Notes: generated by a model not told the origin, from the sequence alone. A stretch of DNA of 64,000 bases from an uncultured bacterium (GCA_963732385.1 CAVSZB010000003.1:256001-320000), one strand, 5' to 3'; shown: positions 21,747 through 34,534, counted from the stretch's first letter. Program-made: numbers and translations.

Positions 21747-21980
21747 CTAGCTCACGTTGACGTACCGATCCTTCGAAGTGAGGCACGAGGCACACTTTTC
21801 GAAGTTGAGATTCGTCGTGGTGTAGCCGCAGACAGCGCTAACATAAAAGTCGCGGGCGGCCTTGAAGCTCCGCAGCGCGTCCTTGTCGCCCTCGGCGGCG
21901 CGTGCCGACGGCACGGACGAGCCGATCAGCAGCGCCAGCGCGAACCCGGCGACGAGGGCGGTATGCAGAGTCTTCGTCAT
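21747..21980 (-). CDS. Small secreted Cys-containing protein (77 aa)
   Basis: AAGGAG RBS; signal peptide ending ARA-A; mature part contains C and CASC. Confidence 0.7.
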   Translation of the reverse strand: MTKTLHTALVAGFALALLIGSSVPSARAAEGDKDALRSFKAARDFYVSAVCGYTTTNLNFEKCASCLTSKDRYVNVS

Positions 21981-22031
21981 GTTCCGCTCCTTGAGTTCGG
22001 GGGTTGCGGTGGCTTGACAGCAGGTCCCTAC

Positions 22032-22046
22032 GCAGTCGCCGTGCCA
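22032..22046 (-). promoter_or_regulatory. Sigma54 (-24/-12) promoter
   Basis: Minus strand TGGCAC-GGCGA-CTGC; IHF-like site at 22062-22074; GTTC-N8-GAAC at 22120-22135. Confidence 0.7.
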
Positions 22047-22168
22047 GACCGGCAAATTCTCTAATGTGTTGCTATTGATAGTTTTATCTGAATAGTGGTC
22101 GGCGGGATGTCGCGCGAACGTTCAAGAATTCGAACAATGACGATGATAATCATCTCATTATTTGAACG

Positions 22169-23545
<1,377 letters not shown>

Positions 23546-23549
23546 CGGC

Positions 23550-24875
23550 TCAGGTCACCTCCGGTGCGGGGACGCCCCGACGGGCGTCGGGCAGCGCCAG
23601 TTCGAAGCGTACGCGACCGCCGTCGTTCCGGGCGAGCGTCAGCTCGCCACCGTGGGCGCGGGCGATGTTCCGCGTGATCGCCAGACCCAGTCCGGAGCCG
23701 CCGGCCCGGGTCGTGAAGAACGGCTCGCCCAGGCGGGGGGTCAGCTCCGCGGCGATCGGCGCCCCCTCGTTCTCGACGTGGAAGACCACGCCATGCTCCC
23801 CGTCGCAACGGGCGCCCGCGGTGACGGTCGCGCCGGGACGCGACGCCTGCAGGGCGTTCACCAGCAGGTTGAGCAGGGCCTGCTGCAGCCGGAACGGATC
23901 CACCAGCACGGCGCAGTCGTCCTCGCACGCGGAGCGCACCGCGATGCCGGTCTCCTGGGCGCGGGCCTGCGCCAGACCGGTCAGGTAGGACAGCAGCTCG
24001 GCCGTCGTGGTGGCGTGCAGTTCGAGGGGGCGCGGCCGCGCGTAGTCGAGGAAGTCGGTGGTCAGCCGTTCGAGGCGGCGCGCCTCGCCGGCCACGATGT
24101 CGCACAGCTCGGCGCGCCGTCCGTCGGCCGGCTCCTCGTCCTTCACCATCAGGGCCGAGCTCAGGATCATCGCCACCGGATTGCGGATCTCGTGCGCGAT
24201 CGCCCCCGCCAGCCGGCCCACCGCCGCCAGCTTCTCGTCCTCGACGAGCCGGTCCTTCGTCCGTTCGAGCTCGGCCAGGCTCTCTCGCAACCGCTGCCGG
24301 TCGTGGCGCAGCTGGTCGGTGAGTTGGCCAACGACGATGCCGGCCACGAAATATATGAGCACGACCGTGGCGGCTTCGTAGAATTCGCGCGGCATCCACG
24401 GGGGATGCTTGAGGTAATAAAGGCAGAGGTCGACCATGGTCAGCAGCCCCGCGGTCGCCGCGGTCAGCAGGATGGCCGGCATACGGAAGCGGAACGCCGC
24501 CGACATGATCGGCAGCATCAGCAGCACCGAGTAATGGCTGTCTTCCGCCCCGCCCAGGTAGGCCACCACCACGCCGAGCAGCAGCTTCACCGGCACCGAG
24601 ATGCGGGGGTAGATGAAGATCGCGCGCGGTCCGAACGGCGCTCGCCGGGCCCGCAGGGCGAACAGCTCGACGGTCTGCAGCAGAAAGAACGTGGCGCTGG
24701 CGACCAGCACGGGGCGGTTGGGCGCCCCGAGGATTCCGCTGAAGCCGAGGTGCACGAGCACGAGCGCCGCCAGCACCGCCAGATTGAGCCCGACCAGGGC
24801 GGACTCCTGCCGGCGGAAGAGATCGGAATCGGCCGACTCGGGCGGCGGCGGCGCAGATGACAAACGTTTTTCCAT
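23550..24875 (-). CDS. Membrane sensor histidine kinase
   Basis: About six TM segments; AHEIRNP, NLLVNA, FFTT, GSGLGL. Confidence 0.92.
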   Translation of the reverse strand: MEKRLSSAPPPPESADSDLFRRQESALVGLNLAVLAALVLVHLGFSGILGAPNRPVLVASATFFLLQTVELFALRARRAPFGPRAIFIYPRISVPVKLLLGVVVAYLGGAEDSHYSVLLMLPIMSAAFRFRMPAILLTAATAGLLTMVDLCLYYLKHPPWMPREFYEAATVVLIYFVAGIVVGQLTDQLRHDRQRLRESLAELERTKDRLVEDEKLAAVGRLAGAIAHEIRNPVAMILSSALMVKDEEPADGRRAELCDIVAGEARRLERLTTDFLDYARPRPLELHATTTAELLSYLTGLAQARAQETGIAVRSACEDDCAVLVDPFRLQQALLNLLVNALQASRPGATVTAGARCDGEHGVVFHVENEGAPIAAELTPRLGEPFFTTRAGGSGLGLAITRNIARAHGGELTLARNDGGRVRFELALPDARRGVPAPEVT

Positions 24876-24992
24876 GGACGCGGAGTATAACCGGGCCGGC
24901 GGGCGGCGCCACCCCGAGTCTTCCCGTCCCCGCCGCGCGGCTGCGTGGTGTACGCGCCGGGAGCGTAGACGGCGGCGTCCCGGGAGTTCCCC

Positions 24993-26234
24993 TCACTCGT
25001 AGCGCAGGGCCTCGATCGGGTCGATCTCCGCGGCCCGCCGCGCCGGGAACAGACCCGCGAGCAGGGCGATCGTCGCGAGGATCACCACCGTCACGAAAGC
25101 CACCATGCGCGAGAAGATGGGGTGTCCCATGAAGCGCAGCGGTCCGGAGTCGTCCGGCACGAGCCCCACCAGGGCCACGAGCAGCCACGACACCAGGATG
25201 CCGACCGCACCGCCGCTGCCGGTGATCAGCAACGCCTCGATCATGTGCTGCGCCACGATGTGCCGCCGCCGCGCTCCGACCGCGCGCTTGATGCCGATCT
25301 CCGGCGTCCGTTCCTTCACGACGACGAACATGATGTTCGCCACGCCCACTCCGGCCACGACCAGCGTCATCGTCCCGATCACGGCGAAGAAGATGTTCAG
25401 GCCGAGCATGATCTTGCGACCGATCTCCTCGTTGGCGATGTCGTCGTCGATGTCGACTGCGTAGGTGTCGGTCGGGTCGAAGCGGTACTTGCGACCGAGC
25501 AGGTCGCGGATGTCGCGGATCAGTTCCTTCGTGCGCGTGCGGTCGGCCGGGCGGATCAGGATCCGGTTCACCCGCTGAGCGCCGTAGACGGTCTGGAAGG
25601 TCGACCAGGGCAGGATCACGCGGTCGGCGTCGGGGCCGTTGCTCATCGACATCTGCACTTTGGCCGCCATCACGCCGACGACCTTGTATGGCAGTCCGTC
25701 GATCTCGACGAACTGGCCGACCGGATCCTCCGCCGCGAACAGCTTTTTCGCGATGCCGTCGCCGAGGAATGCCACGCGCCGCTTTCCGATCACGTCCGCG
25801 TCGTTGAGGAAACGACCGTTGCCGGGGAAGAAGTGGCGCATGAGAGCGAAGTCGGGGGCCGTCCCCTCGCCGTAGGTTGTGGTGCGCTCCCGCCCGCGGC
25901 TGACGATCATGCCGTTACGGCCGAAGCTGGGAGAGATGAGTCCCACGAGCGGCAGGTTCTCGCGCAGGAGTTGCATGTCGTCCATGGTGAAGTTGATCGT
26001 CCGGATCGCCGGCAGTCCCTGGAACGGCTTGGTGGTCTCGCCGGCCCGCACCGTGACCACGGCGTCGGAGTAGTTGAGATTGCCCTCCATCACGCGCCGC
26101 TCGAGCCCGAACCCGAAGGCGAGCAGCAGCACGACCGACATCGTGCCCCAGACGATGCCGCCCACGGTCAAAAAGACCCGCGTCTTCTGGTGGCGAAGGT
26201 CGTGCAGCAGTTCCTGCCGGAACGTCGTCCACAT
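24993..26234 (-). CDS. MacB/FtsX-like ABC transporter permease
   Basis: GVGVANIMFVVVKERTPEIGIKRAVGA, PARRAAEIDPIEALRYE. Confidence 0.92.
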   Translation of the reverse strand: MWTTFRQELLHDLRHQKTRVFLTVGGIVWGTMSVVLLLAFGFGLERRVMEGNLNYSDAVVTVRAGETTKPFQGLPAIRTINFTMDDMQLLRENLPLVGLISPSFGRNGMIVSRGRERTTTYGEGTAPDFALMRHFFPGNGRFLNDADVIGKRRVAFLGDGIAKKLFAAEDPVGQFVEIDGLPYKVVGVMAAKVQMSMSNGPDADRVILPWSTFQTVYGAQRVNRILIRPADRTRTKELIRDIRDLLGRKYRFDPTDTYAVDIDDDIANEEIGRKIMLGLNIFFAVIGTMTLVVAGVGVANIMFVVVKERTPEIGIKRAVGARRRHIVAQHMIEALLITGSGGAVGILVSWLLVALVGLVPDDSGPLRFMGHPIFSRMVAFVTVVILATIALLAGLFPARRAAEIDPIEALRYE

Positions 26235-26239
26235 CGCGT

Positions 26240-27517
26240 CTAGCCTCTCAACGCCTCGATCGGGTCGATGTTGGCCGCCCGCCGCGCCGGGAACCAGCCG
26301 GCCAGGAAGGCCACGGTCGTGATGATGGTCACGGAGACGAGCGCCACCAACGGATCGATGACCGGCGTGCCGAGCGCCTCTTTCGCATCGGCCGGCATGT
26401 TGGCCACTGCCGTGACGATGCCCCAGGCGAGCAGCCCGCCGATGACCGCCCCGACCCCGGTGATGAAGCAGGTCTCGGCCAGGAACTGCGCCATGATCAC
26501 CCAGCGCCGCGCGCCGACCGCTCGCCGGATGCCGATCTCGCGCGTCCGCTCCCGCACGACGACATACATGATGTTCGAAACGCCAAGTCCCCCCACGCCC
26601 AGCGTCATCACGCCCATCATGAGGAGAAAGATGCTGAAGCCGGTGAAGAAGAGCGAGAACTCGGAGAAGAACTCGGCGCTGTCCCAGATGTTGACCGCGT
26701 CCTCGTCGGCCGGATCGAACACGTACTTGCGCGCCAGCACCTCGCGCACCTTCACCACGACCTCTGTCGACCGGTCCCATCCGTAGCGAGTGGTGAAGAC
26801 GATGTTGCCCACGTTGCGCTCGCCGAACATCGCGACATAGGTGGTGCAGGGGATGAAGGCGCGATCCTCGTCGCGCGCGTTGTAGTTCGAATTCTGGTTC
26901 TTCGTGCGCAGCACGCCGATGACCCGGAACGGCACCCCGTTGAGCAACACCGATTCGCCCACCGGATCCTTGTCGGCGCCGAAAAGGAATTCGCTCACCT
27001 TGTCGCCCAGGAAGACGACCCGTCGCCGCTCGTCGAGGTCGCGCGCGTTGAACCAGCGCCCCCCCGGGCGCGGGATCTCGTTGCGGATATCGCCGTATTC
27101 GACGTTCACCCCCGACACCAGCGGGCTGCGCACCTTGTCGCCCACGCGCAGTACCGCGTCCCAGCGCGCGTACTCCTCGCTGATCTTCGCCACCTCGGGC
27201 ACCTGTTGGCGCAGCAGCGTCACGTCCGACGCCACGAGCCGGATATTACGGTCCACGCCGAAGCCCCGATACGGCATGGTCGTGGAGCCGGGGAAGAGCA
27301 GGATCACCGCGTCGCCCATCCCGCGCATGTTGACCAGGTTCTGCCGCTTCACGCTCGTCCCGAGGGCCATCATGATGACGACAGCCGCCGTCCCCCAGAC
27401 GATCCCGAACGTCGTCATCGCCGCCCGCCGCCGCTGCGCGCGCAGGTCGGCCTGGAACTCCCGGAACAGGGAGAGCAGGTGGGAGAGGTTGACGAGAAAG
27501 GAGCGGATCGAAGTCAT
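26240..27517 (-). CDS. MacB/FtsX-like ABC transporter permease
   Basis: GVSNIMYVVVRERTREIGIRRAVGA, PARRAANIDPIEALR. Confidence 0.92.
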   Translation of the reverse strand: MTSIRSFLVNLSHLLSLFREFQADLRAQRRRAAMTTFGIVWGTAAVVIMMALGTSVKRQNLVNMRGMGDAVILLFPGSTTMPYRGFGVDRNIRLVASDVTLLRQQVPEVAKISEEYARWDAVLRVGDKVRSPLVSGVNVEYGDIRNEIPRPGGRWFNARDLDERRRVVFLGDKVSEFLFGADKDPVGESVLLNGVPFRVIGVLRTKNQNSNYNARDEDRAFIPCTTYVAMFGERNVGNIVFTTRYGWDRSTEVVVKVREVLARKYVFDPADEDAVNIWDSAEFFSEFSLFFTGFSIFLLMMGVMTLGVGGLGVSNIMYVVVRERTREIGIRRAVGARRWVIMAQFLAETCFITGVGAVIGGLLAWGIVTAVANMPADAKEALGTPVIDPLVALVSVTIITTVAFLAGWFPARRAANIDPIEALRG

Positions 27518-27557
27518 CGGGACACGGCTCCGGATCGATTCGGGTGACGGCCGGCGG

Positions 27558-28667
27558 CTAAAGCGTCTTCTCAGGCTTCTCCAGGACCTCCTGCCCCTCG
27601 GTCAGCCCCGTCGTGATCTCGATGCGGATCGCGTCCGAAAGGCCGGTCGTGATGGGGGTGCGCACGCGCGCGCCGGCCGCGCCGCTGATCTCGACCCAGG
27701 TGCTGTCGTTCGCGCTGTGGACGACCCGTTCGGGCAGGGTGAGCACCCCGTCCGCCCGCCGGATGATGATGTCCGCGTTCGCCGAGTAGCCGGCTCGCAA
27801 CAGCGGACCCCCGGTCCCTTCGATCGCGATCTCGACCGGGAACATCCGCGTGTTGTTCTCCTCGCGCGCCTTCAGCGAGATCCGCGCGAGACGCCCCGGC
27901 ACCGTCTGGCCCGGCAGCGCCCCGATCTTGACCTCGACCGGCATGCCGACGGAGAGTTTGCCGACGTCGATCTCGTCGACGGTTCCCTTGAAGATGAGGC
28001 TGTCCATGTTGGCCATCGTCATCAGGACCGTGCCCTCCTGATAGGAGGTGAGCGGCACCACCGGATCGCCCAGGTTGACGTTCCGCTCCAGGATCGCCCC
28101 GGAGATCGGCGCCCGCACGATCGCCTCGATCTCCCGCCCCGCGATGCTGACGCTCCCCTTCTCGAGCAGCTGCAGCCGCTCGCGCCCCGCCGCGACCTGC
28201 ATCTGCGCCAATTCGAACGCCTTCTCGGCCGCCTCGTACTCCCGGTCGGCCACCATGCCGCGCGTGAGCAGGTCGCGCGTGCGGTTGAGCTCCTTCTCCG
28301 CGTTGCGCAGCGTGATTTCGTCGAGGTCGATGCGCCGGCGCGCGTCGGCCACCTCGAGCGGCGTCGGGTCGGGCTGGATCTCCAGCAACGGCGCCCCCGC
28401 CGGCACGATCTGCCCCGGCTCCCGGTAGACCTTCTTCACGACCCCCGACACGCGGGCCTTCACCGAGATCTCGTCGCGCGGCACGATCGATCCGACCGCG
28501 AGGGCCTTCTCGACGACCGATCCCCGCTCGACCTTCACGACGGGGGCGGCGTTCTTCGCCTTGCCGTTGCGTTTCATGACGGTGAATCCGACCGCGCCGC
28601 CAACCACGACGACGATCGCCACGACGATCCAGACCAGGCGCCTGCGGCGCGGACCATTCCGATTCAT
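27558..28667 (-). CDS. MacA-like periplasmic adaptor (membrane fusion protein)
   Basis: N-terminal [26 protein letters not shown]. Confidence 0.9.
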   Translation of the reverse strand: MNRNGPRRRRLVWIVVAIVVVVGGAVGFTVMKRNGKAKNAAPVVKVERGSVVEKALAVGSIVPRDEISVKARVSGVVKKVYREPGQIVPAGAPLLEIQPDPTPLEVADARRRIDLDEITLRNAEKELNRTRDLLTRGMVADREYEAAEKAFELAQMQVAAGRERLQLLEKGSVSIAGREIEAIVRAPISGAILERNVNLGDPVVPLTSYQEGTVLMTMANMDSLIFKGTVDEIDVGKLSVGMPVEVKIGALPGQTVPGRLARISLKAREENNTRMFPVEIAIEGTGGPLLRAGYSANADIIIRRADGVLTLPERVVHSANDSTWVEISGAAGARVRTPITTGLSDAIRIEITTGLTEGQEVLEKPEKTL

Positions 28668-28815
28668 AACAGATCCAGCCTTGTTGGGGGTCTCAGCCGT
28701 GCATGCACGGGGAGGAGACGCAGGAAGAGGGGGTAGTGTTCCGTCGCCGCCAAGTATTGTCGTGGGGGCCCCAGGATGGCCGTTCGCGACCGCGTGGTAT
28801 GCCCTCCTTTACATT

Positions 28816-28835
28816 ATGTTAAATATACTTGACAT
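28816..28835. promoter_or_regulatory. Imperfect palindrome, candidate XRE operator in the divergent promoter region
   Basis: atgttaaatatacttgacat; AT-rich, about 30 bp upstream of the XRE gene. Confidence 0.6.
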
Positions 28836-28863
28836 CACAATTCCGGTCGACGATGCTCCGGGC

Positions 28864-29094
28864 ATGGACGACAACGTGCGCAGCGAAGTCCGGAAGCACC
28901 GATTCCTGAACGGCGAGATGACCCAGGGGGAGCTCGCGGCCCGGGTCGGTGTGAGCCGCCAGACGATCATCGCCATCGAGAAGGGGAAGTACAACCCCTC
29001 CGTCGGGCTGGCGATCCGGATCGCGCGGGTGTTTGGGGCGCCGGTGGAATCGCTCTTCGGCTTCGCGGACGACGAGCGGGTCTGGGACGACTGA
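28864..29094 (+). CDS. XRE-family HTH regulator
   Basis: [28 protein letters not shown]. Confidence 0.92.
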   Translation: MDDNVRSEVRKHRFLNGEMTQGELAARVGVSRQTIIAIEKGKYNPSVGLAIRIARVFGAPVESLFGFADDERVWDD

Positions 29095-29138
29095 ACGGAC
29101 CGCCCGGCCGGTCGGCCCCCCCCGCGGAAAGGACGGCT

Positions 29139-29868
29139 ATGACCTCCCCTCGCCTGGAGAGCGTCGTGAGCGCGCTCGGCAATCGCCTCGGCTGGCGCCC
29201 CTCGCGCGCCACCCTGATCGCCGCCGCCGTGGTGATCGGCGGCTTCCTGCTGACCGGCGTGAGCTGGTGGTTCATCGCCCTGTCGGGCCTCGGCGCCGTC
29301 GGCCCCGGCGTCCTGCGCGAGCTGGGCTGGCTGCGCGACAAGGACGAGTTCGCCCGCCGCGCCGCCCAGCGCGCCGGCTACCACGCCTTCCTCGTCACGG
29401 CGCTGGCCGGCTTCGTCATCGCCGGCTACACCCGCTCCGGCGAGCGCCACCTGAAGAACCCCGAGGAGTTGGCCACGCTCTTCCTGGCGCTGCTCTGGTT
29501 CACCTGGCTGCTCAGTTCGCTGCTGGCCTTCTGGGGCGCCCGCCGGGCGTCGCAACGGATCCTGCTCGGCTTCGGCATCTGCTGGCTGCTCTTCTGCATG
29601 GCCGACAGCTGGCAGCACCCCCTCGGCATGCTGATCCACTGCGTCCCGGCGCTGCCGTTCTTCCTGCTGGCCTGGATGGCCCGGCGCTGGCCGCGCGTGG
29701 CGGGCGGCGCTGCTGATCCTGGCGGGCGCGGGCATGTACGTGTTCTTCCGCTTCTGGACGGACGAGCGGGGTGGCCTCGTCACCCAGACGGTGACCGCGG
29801 TCCTGCTCGTGGGTCCGCTGCTGGGCAGCGGCCTGGCTCTGGTGCGGGGCGATGCGGAGGCGGCGTGA
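29139..29868 (+). CDS. Hypothetical polytopic membrane protein, frameshift near 29705
   Basis: Multiple TM segments, DEFARRAAQRAG. Removing one base near 29705 continues the hydrophobic frame (ALLILAGAGMYVFFRF...) to TGA 29868. Confidence 0.7.
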
Positions 29869-30881
<1,013 letters not shown>

Positions 30882-31940
30882 TTACGCGGACTTCAGCGAC
30901 TCCATGTCGATCGAGAAGCGGTACTTCACATCGGAGCGCACCAGCCGCTCGTAGGCCTCGTTGATCCTCTGGATGGGGATGATCTCCACGTCAGCTGTGA
31001 TGCCGTGCGCGCCGCAGAAGTCGAGCATCTCCTGGGTCTCCGCGATGCCGCCGATCAGCGAGCCGGACAGGCTTCGGCGACCGAACAGCAGGGCAAAGGA
31101 CGACACCGACAGCGGCGTCTCCGGCGCGCCGACCAGCGTCAGGTTGCCGTCCAGGGCCAGCAGGTTGAGGTAGGCGTTGAGGTCGTGATCCGCCGAGACG
31201 GTGTCCAGGATGAAGTCGAAGCTGCCCGCGTGCTTCGCCATCCCGTCGGCCTCGCGGGAGTTGACGACCTCGTGGGCCCCCAGCCGCAGGGCATCTTCGA
31301 CTTTCGAACGTGAAGTCGTGAACACCACGACATGGGCGCCGAAGGCCCGGGCGAACTTCACCCCCATGTGGCCCAGGCCGCCGAGGCCGACGACACCGAC
31401 CTTCCGGCCCTCGCGGACGTTCCCGTGACGCATGGGCGAGTAGGTCGTGATCCCCGCGCAGAGCAGCGGCGCGACCCCGGCCAGGTCCAGGTTGGAGGGA
31501 ACCCGCAGGACAAACCGCTCATCGACGACGATGCTATCGGAATAGCCTCCGTACGTGACTCCCCCGAGATGCTTGTCCGGACCGTTGTAGGTGAAGACGG
31601 CGCCGGGGCAGAACTGCTCCTGATCGGCCCGGCAGTTGGGGCAGGTGTGGTCCGAGTCGACCAGACAGCCCACGCCCACGAGGTCGCCCGGCTTGTAGTT
31701 CGTGACCGCCGATCCGATCTTGGTGACCCTGCCGACGATCTCGTGGCCCGGCACGACCGGGTAGACCGTGGGCATGATGCTGCTCCACTCGTTGCGCACC
31801 GTGTGCAGGTCGGAGTGGCAGACTCCGCAGAAGAGGATCTCGATCTGGACGTCCGTGGCCGTGGCGTCGCGCCGCGGGATGGTGGTGGAGGCCAGCGCAG
31901 AGGTGGCGCTGGCCGCGGAGTAGGCCTTGGCTCTGTGCAT
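30882..31940 (-). CDS. Zn-dependent NAD(P) alcohol dehydrogenase (cinnamyl-ADH/YahK-like)
   Basis: CGVCHSD, GHEIVG, PLLCAGITTYSP, GLGGLGH, DVKYRFSID. Confidence 0.95.
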   Translation of the reverse strand: MHRAKAYSAASATSALASTTIPRRDATATDVQIEILFCGVCHSDLHTVRNEWSSIMPTVYPVVPGHEIVGRVTKIGSAVTNYKPGDLVGVGCLVDSDHTCPNCRADQEQFCPGAVFTYNGPDKHLGGVTYGGYSDSIVVDERFVLRVPSNLDLAGVAPLLCAGITTYSPMRHGNVREGRKVGVVGLGGLGHMGVKFARAFGAHVVVFTTSRSKVEDALRLGAHEVVNSREADGMAKHAGSFDFILDTVSADHDLNAYLNLLALDGNLTLVGAPETPLSVSSFALLFGRRSLSGSLIGGIAETQEMLDFCGAHGITADVEIIPIQRINEAYERLVRSDVKYRFSIDMESLKSA

Positions 31941-32025
31941 CGAAGCTCCTCCTGTCGTGTGCGGGTCGAGCGCGGCCCCGGCCCCGGCGTGAGGCCCGCA
32001 AAGTTGCCCGATCATCCCTGAGATC

Positions 32026-32230
32026 GGCATGCCAACGGCCGCCAAGATACTCGTGTTCGTCGACCGTGGCATGGCCATCGGCCAGGTGACCGCGCCACTG
32101 CTGGACGCCTGCGATCGGCTGGCTCCAGGCGAACTCCACGGAAACGATCCGCATTCCACGTGGGCTACGACGGCCCCTCCCAATTTCCCCGCGAGTACCG
32201 GCGGCTGTTTGGCGCGCCCCGCTGCGCGAC
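32026..32230 (+). pseudogene. Collapsed remnant of a YqhC-like AraC regulator
   Basis: RGMAIGQVTAPLLDACDRL (AraC_N-like) lies about 40 bp from GYDGPSQFPREYRRLFGAP (AraC C-terminal signature); divergent from the ADH gene. Confidence 0.65.
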
Positions 32231-32459
32231 ACCAGGTCGCTGCGGCAGGTCGCTGCCGACGACCGGGCCTGACGGACGCCCGGCGCCATCTCAGTTTTGT
32301 CGATTATCGCGCGCGGAGGGAAGTGTCGCTGACACTGGCGGACTTGGGCACGTGAACCGCCCCGGGATTGCCGGAGGCTTTATTACTTGAGAGAAGACCG
32401 GCGAATGCGGCGAGTGCGTGCGTCGCGTGACAGGAGAAGCGTGACTCGGGGGGTGTTGG

Positions 32460-33305
32460 CTACTGCTTCGGAGTCAGCAGTGCCATGATGTTGTGCTGGT
32501 TGAAGAACCACTCGGCGCGGAACGTCGTGGGGCCGTCCTTGCCGTCGATTGGGAGCGGGGCGGTGATGCTGTGCGCCACATCGCGGGTGTCTGTGGTGAG
32601 GGAGGTCACGATCTCTGGGGGGGCTTCGCCGTGGATGGAGGCGAAGTGTCGGGTGCGGAAGGTGGGGGAGGTGGCGCAGTAGCGTACCTGCCATTGGGCG
32701 GGGAGAGAGGGGTCGAGGAGGGGGCGGCCGGGTACGGGGGCGAGCACCACGAGCATGATCTCGCGCAGGCTGGTTTCCACCAGGCGGCGGGCGGTGGACT
32801 CGAAGGAGGCCTGGTAGCGGGTGGCCAGGGCCTTCACGGTGCGGGCCGAGGGGGCTTCGGCGCTCGCTTCGAGCAGGAAGTGCCTGCCCTTGAACAGCAG
32901 GTCGGCGGCGAAGCGGTTGGCTTCGATCTCGAAGTCGAGGCGGGTGCGCGAGCTCAGACCGTCCGCGTCGCAGAGATACAGGGCGTGCTGGTGGGTGGGC
33001 AGGACGTAGTGGGCCACCTCGTGCAGCACGCTGAAGCGGGTGCGTCGGGGGTCGAGCGCGCTGTCCACGGCGACGAGGCGGTCGGGGAAGGAGATGAGCG
33101 CGCGGGGGAGTCGGGTACGGCGGGGGAGGGCCGGCGCGAGGCTTCCTTCGAAATCCACGGACAGGTAGTCGAGCTTGAGGTAGTCCAGCAGGGTGGCGGC
33201 GTTCACGGCGCCCGGCGCGTCCTGGCCGGTTCGGCGCAGCAGGAAGGCGACGAGTTCGTGGGGCTGGATGTCGAAGGACCCCGAGGTCTGGATGGCGCCG
33301 GCCAT
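32460..33305 (-). CDS. ImmA/IrrE family metallopeptidase
   Basis: RTRFSVLHEVAH, EIEANRFAADLL, YQASFESTARR, C-terminal extension. Confidence 0.88.
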   Translation of the reverse strand: MAGAIQTSGSFDIQPHELVAFLLRRTGQDAPGAVNAATLLDYLKLDYLSVDFEGSLAPALPRRTRLPRALISFPDRLVAVDSALDPRRTRFSVLHEVAHYVLPTHQHALYLCDADGLSSRTRLDFEIEANRFAADLLFKGRHFLLEASAEAPSARTVKALATRYQASFESTARRLVETSLREIMLVVLAPVPGRPLLDPSLPAQWQVRYCATSPTFRTRHFASIHGEAPPEIVTSLTTDTRDVAHSITAPLPIDGKDGPTTFRAEWFFNQHNIMALLTPKQ

Positions 33306-33310
33306 GTCGT

Positions 33311-33877
33311 CTACTTCCTTTGCGCGGCGAGCAGGCGCAGGCGCTCGCGCAGCGTTTCGGCCAGCGTGGCGTCGATTTCCGCGCCGTGCGCGGCCATTGC
33401 GAGCGCGCTGTCGCCCTTCATTCCGCCGAGGCCGTCCAGATAGTCCTCGATCTTCTGCTGGCGGTCCGGATCGCGCTGGGCCTCGAGTTGGGCGAAAAGG
33501 GCGGGGAACCGGTCGGCCAGCCTGATGAGGTTGTCGCTCGAGCGATTCTGCAGGGAACGCCCCGACTCCCAGCGGCTGTAGGTCTTCTCGCCGGTGCCCA
33601 CGAAGAGGGCCATCTCCACCTGGCTCAGGCCGGCGCGCTCGCGCACGGCGCGGATCTCCTCCGGGGGCAGCAGGCCGAGGCGGTCGTACCTGATGCCGTC
33701 CAGGGCGTCGGTCAACGCGGGGGGGAGCACCTGTTCGTGGCACGCGCCGCACTCCTCCCAGGTCGCCGCGGGCACGACCAGCGTGCCCCCCGGAATGTTC
33801 GGTGGCGGCTCCATGCGGTACTCGCCCTCGTGCCGCTCCAGCGCGGCGGCGCCGCAGATCGGGCAGGTGTTCGTCAT
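33311..33877 (-). CDS. MqsA-type antitoxin (zinc finger + XRE HTH) with C-terminal extension
   Basis: CPICG...ECGAC, LLPPEEIRAVRERAGLSQ...TYSRWESG. Confidence 0.85.
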   Translation of the reverse strand: MTNTCPICGAAALERHEGEYRMEPPPNIPGGTLVVPAATWEECGACHEQVLPPALTDALDGIRYDRLGLLPPEEIRAVRERAGLSQVEMALFVGTGEKTYSRWESGRSLQNRSSDNLIRLADRFPALFAQLEAQRDPDRQQKIEDYLDGLGGMKGDSALAMAAHGAEIDATLAETLRERLRLLAAQRK

Positions 33878-34269
33878 GACTGGCCTCCTGGGCGAATGGC
33901 CTCGGGTCGGTCCGGGTGGACGGAGACGATGAAGAGCTTCGGGCTGAGCGACGGCTCCCCGAGGATCATGAACTTGCAGTAGAAGCGCCGGCCCGCGAGC
34001 TCCGGCCAGATCTCGTAGGCGAACTGCCCCGCGTCCTGCCCGTGCATGATCGTCCTGGTGACGGCCGTGCCCTCGTGGATCCAGTCCCAGAGCGCGTCGC
34101 AGACATCCGCTCTGGTGAGGTGATGGGCCATCATGTCGGTGGTGGCCGTCTTCGTGCTGCTCGCGCGGCCCGGATCGGCGGCCAACGCACGCAGCAACCG
34201 GACTTCCGATTCGCCGGCCCTGTCCTTTCCCAAGAGGACCCCAGCAGCAACAGAAATCGGCAGACTCAA
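33874..34269 (-). CDS. Putative MqsR/RelE-like toxin (start uncertain; alternative TTG at 34233)
   Basis: ATGA overlap with the antitoxin gene; FYCKF...FIVSVH resembles the YxK...SxH C-terminus of MqsR-like RNases. Confidence 0.6.
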   Translation of the reverse strand: MSLPISVAAGVLLGKDRAGESEVRLLRALAADPGRASSTKTATTDMMAHHLTRADVCDALWDWIHEGTAVTRTIMHGQDAGQFAYEIWPELAGRRFYCKFMILGEPSLSPKLFIVSVHPDRPEAIRPGGQS

Positions 34270-34316
34270 AGCACACTTGAGTGCTATATGGTACTACAGT
34301 GTCACAATAATTTCAA
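34264..34316 (-). promoter_or_regulatory. Sigma70 promoter plus palindromic operator of the TA-ImmA operon
   Basis: Minus strand TTGAAA-17 bp-TACCAT; actcaa-N7-ttgagt at 34264-34282. Confidence 0.6.
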
Positions 34317-34534
34317 TAATACTGATTATATAGTTCTGTGTGCGTCTCGATTCCGCCACGGGGGCACCTGCCCTCCTCTCGGTCTTCGCTCGGGAAATGC
34401 GGATGTGATCCCGAAGCGAGCCAACGGAGCGCTCTGGCAACAACGAACCCAGCGGTTCCGTAGGAGACTGCCATTGCCAAGCTCCGTCCTTGAGGCGAGG
34501 GTCGGAGCGTACACGGACACGGGGAGGCAGGCGA

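Noticed and set aside
21747..21980. Small protein as a monoheme cytochrome or RiPP precursor
   Set aside because: CASC is followed by Leu rather than His, and no modifying enzymes are adjacent
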